A DNA stretch of 39,161 nucleotides from an uncultured Oscillospiraceae bacterium (GTDB taxonomy: Bacteria > Bacillota > Clostridia > Saccharofermentanales > UBA5734), in the NCBI GenBank assembly GCA_964572095.1, contig CAZNGQ010000001.1, positions 1-39,161 of the forward strand, given 5' to 3'. The notes beneath the pieces were generated by a model that was not told where the DNA came from, searched no databases, and was given only the letters and a program-made list of their open reading frames with translations. Made by a program: the position numbers and the translations under genes. Below, in pieces: positions 33,699 to 39,161 of the stretch (positions within the stretch are counted from its first letter, which is position 1; each line of letters opens with the position of its first letter).

Positions 33699-36600
33699 CG
33701 GACTTCCGTCTGCTTTGCCGTCTTTTCATACAGGTCCGGGCTCTTGAGGATGCCGGCAGGTTTCAGGCGGTACTCATAGGTCCAGGAGTCCCCGACCGTG
33801 CGCCAGGAGTTGGGACCGAACCATTCCATCGTGTCATCCGCGTTGTGCAGCTGCGCAAAGGTGTTGTACCGCATGCCGTACAGGCGGATGTCGATCCGGT
33901 GGTTACCGGGATGGAGTCCGGGGAGATCGAGCGTATACGGGGAATAGACGATCCGTCCGGCGGGCTGCCCGTCGACGGCCACATCCAGCAGCGCGCCGCG
34001 ATACCGCGGGACACGCAGGACGGCTCCGGTCGTACGGGTGCGGACGTCGAGGTGGTAGACCAGGTTGCCGCCGTAGAACGGCAGACCCTGGCCGACGATG
34101 TCGCCGAAGGCCAGCCGGCGGACCGGCCTGCCCAGAGAGACCTCGCATCCGCGGAGCCGTACGCTGAAATCTCCGATCAGGTACAGGGCCTCCAGATTTG
34201 TCTTCCTGCCGAACGGAACCTCGACTTCGAGCACATGCCGGCCTTTCCCGAGCTTTGGCAGCGGGATGGTCTCGATCGACTCGTCCACATAGAAGCCGAC
34301 GGGCGTTTTACGGACCCGTTTTCCATCGAGCCGGATTTTGGCGCGGGAGGCGTCCTCGAGGGCCAGCCGCGCGCCCCCGACCGCTTCGGAACAGCGGAAG
34401 CGGAAGCGCATCGTGACACGGTGAGCCGGCTTTTCGGGTTTCATTGTCCAGGGCTGCGCGACGGACTCCTCGCGGGAAGGCCAGGACAGAATTCTTCTCA
34501 ACCGGTTGTCAGCGCGCAGGACCTCTTCCCGCGGAGCAAAGGAACCTCCGTCCAGCGAGACTTCGGGCAGGTCGAGCACGGCGGCGTTGGGTTCCTCCAG
34601 CGTTACCGGAACACGCTGGCCGAACGGCAGCGTGTTTTCCCCGCCGAGATAGACATTGCCGATCCGGCGGGGTACGGTGAACGGGATGCGGCCGACCCCG
34701 TCCGCCGGCGCGGCTTGTCCGGACGCGTCCGCTCCGGACAGCAGGCGGAGCAGCAGGGAGTCGTGTTCGTACCAGGCGGTTTCAAACGCAGTCCAACCGG
34801 CGTCGCGGACGACCGGCAGGGAAACAGCGGTGCCGTCCTGCGTGTTCCAGGATTCGATGCGGAACTCGCCCTTGATCCGGATGCGAAGCATGCGCGGATG
34901 CACAACGTCCGGCTGTGCGGGATCACGTCCGTGCGCCAGGAAGACCCAGCGGTTTCCGTCTTCTTCCTGCCGCATGCGGTACAGCAGATCCTCGGCCCGT
35001 GACCCGTCCCCGTCGCGGATGTCGATGTCCCTGCAGGGTTCGAGTTCCTCCAGCAGGGCGAACCGCTGGCAGGGCAGCCGGACCGACCGGTTCCAGAGCG
35101 CCTGTCCGCGATCGTCCGGCCGGGCGTCGGCCAGTTCGGGCGGACCTCCCAGGAACACCAGCCGGCCGCCTTGGCCCGCGAACGCCTCGAGTCGCTCCAG
35201 CGTCGTGGTCCGCAGGGTCCCGACCGGCGGCACGACGATCGTGTCATAGGCCATTACGCCGACACGCAGCGGATTGCCGCCCGCCGGGCACTGCGCGGGG
35301 AGCAGGGACTCCGAGATGAAGTCGAAGTCGATCTGGCCGAACAGCAGCCACTCGGTCAGAGAGAGGAAATCGCGGTCCATCTGCTCGCGCTCCAGGCGTG
35401 TCCGCTCGTTGGAGCCGAACCGGAGCCAATAGCTTTCGACCGGGTGGACGACGCCGATACGGACCAGCGGGCGACCGCGCGTCATCGCGACATTGACCCG
35501 GGCGAAGTGGTTTTCGATGAAAGGATATTGCAGATACCAGGGAGACTGCCGCCCGATGGCCGCGGGATAATCCCGTTTCGCCTCGCCGGCCATGGAGATC
35601 CAGGCCAGATGCGGGACACGGACCGTGACGCCGAGCGCGGCCTGCCAGTCGCCCTGCAGCTTGTGCCCGCGGAAGTCGTAGTCCCAGTTCGTCACACCGT
35701 ACAGCTCGGACAGCACGCCCGGATTCCCGTTCTGGTTGGAAACGGACTGCGCCTGCTTGGCTGTCGTGTACTCGTGGCGGTTGCACAGGATGTCGATGCC
35801 CGGCAGATCAAAACCGCGCAGGGAGCGCATGGCTTCGCCCAACGCGCGCGTCTGGCTTTCCAGCGTGGGCTCTTCCATCATGTGACCGGTCAGCATCAGT
35901 CCGTTCCGACGGCACCAGGCGCCGCACTGGTCGGCGAACGAGCGGGCGAACCGCTCCGCGATGTGGTCGTGGTAGTGATACCGGACCGTCGAGACGCGCC
36001 GTCCCGGAAGTTCCCAGAAAAGCTCGGGCAACCGCTCCAGCAGGTCCTCGCCGTATGCCGCGCCGAAGCTCTCCGGCAGGTCGTCGGTCCAGGGCAGGAT
36101 GACATCGGTCTCCGAGTCCGTGAAATCGAGTACGGTTTTGTGTGTAAACTGTGGTTCGTCGGTGAAAATCGCCGGCACGACCCGGCCGAACTCCTCGCCG
36201 ACCGCCTTGAGGTATCGCTCGTGCGTGATCTCGATGAACTTCCGGATCGCCGCGGGATTGAGCGTGTCGACGTACGTCTCGTTGTTGAACCACGGGTTTT
36301 CCGCGGCGGTTTCGAGGTAGGCATGGCAGACAAAACCCTGCGGGGACTCGTCCGGCCCGATCCGGCGGTAGGTGGACAGGTCTCCGGCATGGTCCAGAAC
36401 GATGTCATAGCGTGCGATCAGACGTCCGTTCCCGGTGCGCAGGGGCGCGGAAGTCGACCCTTTGGTCACGGTCCGGACCCGGTCGTCCGGGCCATAGGGA
36501 CGCCGGGTGAAGAGCAGGTGGCGCGCCCGAAAGGCGGGATCCCGCGTCACCAGGCCGCCCGCCGCGCCGGAAGGCCAGCGGTCCTCGTCATACAGCCAGG

Positions 36601-36865
36601 CGAGCATACCGTCCTTTTTGGCCTTGTCGACACAGAACCGGATCAGGCGGAAAAAAGAATCCGACAGGTAAGGGGTCGCCATGCCGGTGCGGACATGCAT
36701 GTGGAATCCGCCGAACCCCATCTGCTTGAGCGTATCGATGCCGCGCTGGAGGAGATCCTCGTCCAGTTCACAGTTCCAGGACCAGAACGGCGTTCCCCGG
36801 TATTCCGGATCGGGGCGGAGGAAACGTTCCATGGCGACCGGTTCCTGGGCATGCGGATACAGCAT
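33695..36865 (-). CDS. large glycoside hydrolase-like protein (GH106-like / 'glycosylhydrolase-like jelly-roll' type); specificity unknown
   Basis: The N-terminus (YRGTPFWSWNCELDEDLL...GFGGFHMHVRTGMATPYLSD...WLYDEDRWPSGAAGG) matches the pattern I associate with this family of roughly 1000-1100 aa cytoplasmic hydrolases. GGAGGA lies 7 nt upstream of the ATG at 36865. No signal peptide. Confidence 0.65.
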   Translation of the reverse strand: MLYPHAQEPVAMERFLRPDPEYRGTPFWSWNCELDEDLLQRGIDTLKQMGFGGFHMHVRTGMATPYLSDSFFRLIRFCVDKAKKDGMLAWLYDEDRWPSGAAGGLVTRDPAFRARHLLFTRRPYGPDDRVRTVTKGSTSAPLRTGNGRLIARYDIVLDHAGDLSTYRRIGPDESPQGFVCHAYLETAAENPWFNNETYVDTLNPAAIRKFIEITHERYLKAVGEEFGRVVPAIFTDEPQFTHKTVLDFTDSETDVILPWTDDLPESFGAAYGEDLLERLPELFWELPGRRVSTVRYHYHDHIAERFARSFADQCGAWCRRNGLMLTGHMMEEPTLESQTRALGEAMRSLRGFDLPGIDILCNRHEYTTAKQAQSVSNQNGNPGVLSELYGVTNWDYDFRGHKLQGDWQAALGVTVRVPHLAWISMAGEAKRDYPAAIGRQSPWYLQYPFIENHFARVNVAMTRGRPLVRIGVVHPVESYWLRFGSNERTRLEREQMDRDFLSLTEWLLFGQIDFDFISESLLPAQCPAGGNPLRVGVMAYDTIVVPPVGTLRTTTLERLEAFAGQGGRLVFLGGPPELADARPDDRGQALWNRSVRLPCQRFALLEELEPCRDIDIRDGDGSRAEDLLYRMRQEEDGNRWVFLAHGRDPAQPDVVHPRMLRIRIKGEFRIESWNTQDGTAVSLPVVRDAGWTAFETAWYEHDSLLLRLLSGADASGQAAPADGVGRIPFTVPRRIGNVYLGGENTLPFGQRVPVTLEEPNAAVLDLPEVSLDGGSFAPREEVLRADNRLRRILSWPSREESVAQPWTMKPEKPAHRVTMRFRFRCSEAVGGARLALEDASRAKIRLDGKRVRKTPVGFYVDESIETIPLPKLGKGRHVLEVEVPFGRKTNLEALYLIGDFSVRLRGCEVSLGRPVRRLAFGDIVGQGLPFYGGNLVYHLDVRTRTTGAVLRVPRYRGALLDVAVDGQPAGRIVYSPYTLDLPGLHPGNHRIDIRLYGMRYNTFAQLHNADDTMEWFGPNSWRTVGDSWTYEYRLKPAGILKSPDLYEKTAKQTEVR

Positions 36866-36915
36866 GGCGGAATCCTCCTTGGATTCATGGAGTGAGGCGA
36901 TACGGTCTGTTCCCA

Positions 36916-37779
36916 TTATAGCGATCCGGTCCGCTCTCCGCCTCCCATTTCCGGCATGCCCTCCCAGATTTCAAAGATCACCGCGTCGCAGCAGCGCACG
37001 GCTGTCGACCAGCCGGCGGCGTCGCGCACGGTCCAGCCGACGGTCAGCGCCCCCAGCCGGCGGCAGAGACGGTAGGAAGGGTTGTCCATGTCGTTGACGC
37101 GATAGGCGATGAAGTGCGGCCTGCCCACCACATCGACCAGCAGGTAGCGCAGGACGAGCCACTGCAGCCGGGACCAGCGGCTGCCGCTGCCGCCCCGCCC
37201 GGCCAGCTGCCCGCGCAGGATGCCGGGCCTGTTCCGGCGGAACCATCCGACGATCAGGGGATCGAACGACTCCACACAGAACCGGCCGGGGTAGGTGTCC
37301 AGCATGCCCGCGACGGCCTGGCACAACTCCTGGCGGAGGGGAGAGGACTTGACCTCGACGATCAGCGGCACACGTCCATCCACCAGGGACAGCACGTCCG
37401 AAAACAATGGGACCCGCTCGGCGGTACCGGCCAGCCCAAGGCCGGCAAGCTCCCCGTATGGGAGTTCCCAGATCCTGCCGGGCCGGCCGCACATGCGGTC
37501 CAGGGAATCGTCATGAAAAACCACGAGCCTGCGGTCCGCCGTCAGGGCGACGTCCAGCTCGATCCCGCAGCCGGCTTCGATCGCCGCCGCAAACGCCGCC
37601 GTCGAATTCTCGGGCACCTGCTGGTCCCGCGTGAACAATCCGCGGTGCGCATACCTCCATCGCCGGATCCAGCCGGATCCGCCCGGCGCGCGGCCGGGCC
37701 AGACGAGAAAGAGGAGAACAGCGGCCGCTGAGATAGCCGCAACGGCAACAGCCAGTAGAAAAACCATCCAGCAAGACAT
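36916..37779 (-). CDS. glycerophosphodiester phosphodiesterase family protein, membrane anchored
   Basis: N-terminal TM helix, then GDPD motifs YAHRGLF, PENSTAAF, GIELDV and VFHDD. Confidence 0.85.
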   Translation of the reverse strand: MSCWMVFLLAVAVAAISAAAVLLFLVWPGRAPGGSGWIRRWRYAHRGLFTRDQQVPENSTAAFAAAIEAGCGIELDVALTADRRLVVFHDDSLDRMCGRPGRIWELPYGELAGLGLAGTAERVPLFSDVLSLVDGRVPLIVEVKSSPLRQELCQAVAGMLDTYPGRFCVESFDPLIVGWFRRNRPGILRGQLAGRGGSGSRWSRLQWLVLRYLLVDVVGRPHFIAYRVNDMDNPSYRLCRRLGALTVGWTVRDAAGWSTAVRCCDAVIFEIWEGMPEMGGGERTGSL

Positions 37780-37942
37780 AGATAATGACTCCCAACTCTA
37801 CCAAAATAATAGTACGATTCAAACCCAAATTCACACAAAATTGTCCGGGAAAAACCGAAAACCGCAATTGCGTCCCATCTCATTGGAGTATACTGGAACA
37901 TGGTTGGTAATGCCGATTCATTCAGCAAGAGAGGTGCAAGAA

Positions 37943-38839
37943 ATGGATGTTCTCAAGACCATGCGTGTCGGTGCGGTAGCTTCTTTCGCCGGGATCCCCA
38001 AGGATCTGCCCCGGGAAAAGATGCCCGAATACGTCATCGACAAAGCCATCGAGTACGATCTGGGCGTCGCGCAGATCCAGGTTCCCGCCAACATGCCGGA
38101 CGCGTATTACGCCGCCCTGCGTGCCAAATGCGAAGAGCATGACATCGAGCTCGACGTCGGCGCGACCATGTCCCTGTTCGAACTGACCGGCGAGAATGCC
38201 GCCCAGGCACGCCAGGACCTCGTCGACATGGTCCAGGTCATGAAAAAACTGAACGCCACGATCATGCGCCGCGGGTACGGCCGCCTGTCCTACGAGACCT
38301 CGCGCTTCAACCTGGCCTATCCCTATGAGAAACACATGCAGTTCCTCATCGACAACCTCAAGGAGGCCGAGAAGATCCTGGCCCCCGAGGGCATCTACCT
38401 GGCGATCGAGAACCACTGCGACTTCAAGGGCACCGAACATGCCGAGATCTTCAAGGCCGTCGGTTCGAAGTACATCGGATGCGCGCTCGATACCGCGAAC
38501 GGCTATACGGTCTACTGCGATCCGATCGACGAAGTCCGCGCCCTCGCCCCCTACACCATCACCACCCACATCAAGGACATGGTCGTCCGCCGCGACAAGG
38601 GCTGGCGCATTCCTTTCTATCCGAGCGGCTGCGCCCTGGGCGACGGCAACGCCGAAGCCGCGAACGCCGTCAACATCATCGCGGCCAACTGCCCGCGCCC
38701 CGAGGGGCTGCACCTCATCGTCGAGAACGGCTGGGTCGAGTATCCGGAAGGCGTCACCGACTCCGAAAAAGCCGCCATCAGCCTCGAATTGTATCTCAAG
38801 GGCATCAACTTCCTGAAGAAAATGACCGGAAAAATCTGA
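37943..38839 (+). CDS. sugar phosphate isomerase/epimerase (xylose-isomerase-like TIM barrel), paralog 3
   Basis: AIENHCDF / DTANG / THIKD / IVENGW. The N-terminus TMRVGAV parallels paralogs 1 and 2. The long upstream extension in the track ORF (from 37631) is Arg/Gln-rich junk. Confidence 0.8.
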   Translation: MDVLKTMRVGAVASFAGIPKDLPREKMPEYVIDKAIEYDLGVAQIQVPANMPDAYYAALRAKCEEHDIELDVGATMSLFELTGENAAQARQDLVDMVQVMKKLNATIMRRGYGRLSYETSRFNLAYPYEKHMQFLIDNLKEAEKILAPEGIYLAIENHCDFKGTEHAEIFKAVGSKYIGCALDTANGYTVYCDPIDEVRALAPYTITTHIKDMVVRRDKGWRIPFYPSGCALGDGNAEAANAVNIIAANCPRPEGLHLIVENGWVEYPEGVTDSEKAAISLELYLKGINFLKKMTGKI

Positions 38840-38864
38840 AACGGCTCGTGGAGGGAACCCCGTC

Positions 38865-39161
38865 ATGAATGAAAACTACAAGAATGTCCTGATCACCGGC
38901 GGTGCCGGCCGGCTGGGCCGCTACCTGTTCGAGGAGTTCAAGGGCGAGGGCTACAACGTCGCCCTGTTCGACCAGAAAGCCCCCTCCGAGCAACCGTTCC
39001 CGTGGGAGTTCAAGGGCGCGATGTTCATCAAGGGCGACTTGACCAACCTCGCCGACATGATGCGCGCCATCACCCTGTCCCGCGCGACCCTGGTCGTCCA
39101 CGTCGCGGCCATCACGCACACCACGGACCTCCAGCCCGGCGTGCCCCGTCCGCAGATGCTG
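38865..39161 (+). CDS. NAD-dependent epimerase/dehydratase (SDR family), N-terminal 99 codons (3' end lies outside the window)
   Basis: Not in the ORF track because there is no stop inside the window. ATG at 38865 follows GGAGGG. Rossmann motif VLITGGAGRLG. Frame is open to the window end. Confidence 0.75.
   Translation, partial: MNENYKNVLITGGAGRLGRYLFEEFKGEGYNVALFDQKAPSEQPFPWEFKGAMFIKGDLTNLADMMRAITLSRATLVVHVAAITHTTDLQPGVPRPQML

Noticed and set aside
1-39161. Scanned for CRISPR arrays, transposase/integrase genes, inverted terminal repeats, tRNA/rRNA genes, and toxin-antitoxin or defence-type genes.
   Set aside because: None found. No spacer-repeat periodicity, no recombinase-like ORFs, and intergenic regions are all under 400 nt and accounted for by promoters, terminators or the T-box.

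Overview
GC-rich (about 60-65% by eye), densely coded chromosomal segment with no rRNA, tRNA, CRISPR array or mobile element that I could see. All homology calls come from motif recognition by eye; no search was run. GGAGG-type ribosome-binding sites, a T-box leader and cdaA-glmM-glmS synteny point to a high-GC Bacillota (Clostridia-like) organism. Left to right: (i) carbohydrate genes (FGGY kinase 3' part, GH29 alpha-L-fucosidase), a permease/phosphoribosyltransferase pair, a fused ABC exporter and an ADP-forming acyl-CoA synthetase; (ii) HAD phosphatase, GNAT and SpoU/TrmH methyltransferase; (iii) an envelope-precursor block: Crp/Fnr regulator, diadenylate cyclase CdaA fused in frame to a one-domain YbbR/CdaR tail, glmM, glmS, an ECF sigma/anti-sigma pair, a GlmU-C-terminal-like hexapeptide acyltransferase and two paralogous Amidase_3 cell-wall amidases; (iv) a minus-strand run YitT - DUF2284 - CE15-like esterase - ApbE - RnfC-D-G-E-A; (v) a sugar locus with three paralogous xylose-isomerase-like TIM-barrel proteins, a large glycoside hydrolase, a GDPD phosphodiesterase and an SDR epimerase (3' truncated), interrupted by metG behind a Met-specific T-box. 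The most unusual item is the Rnf-like operon. It has no rnfB. The NADH/FMN glycine loop of RnfC looks degenerate. RnfD lacks any S/T-G-A-S/T flavinylation motif. RnfG is roughly twice normal size because two tandem FMN-bind-like modules are inserted. The operon is preceded by, and translationally coupled to, an ApbE flavin transferase. The many long opposite-strand ORFs in the track are high-GC artefacts.
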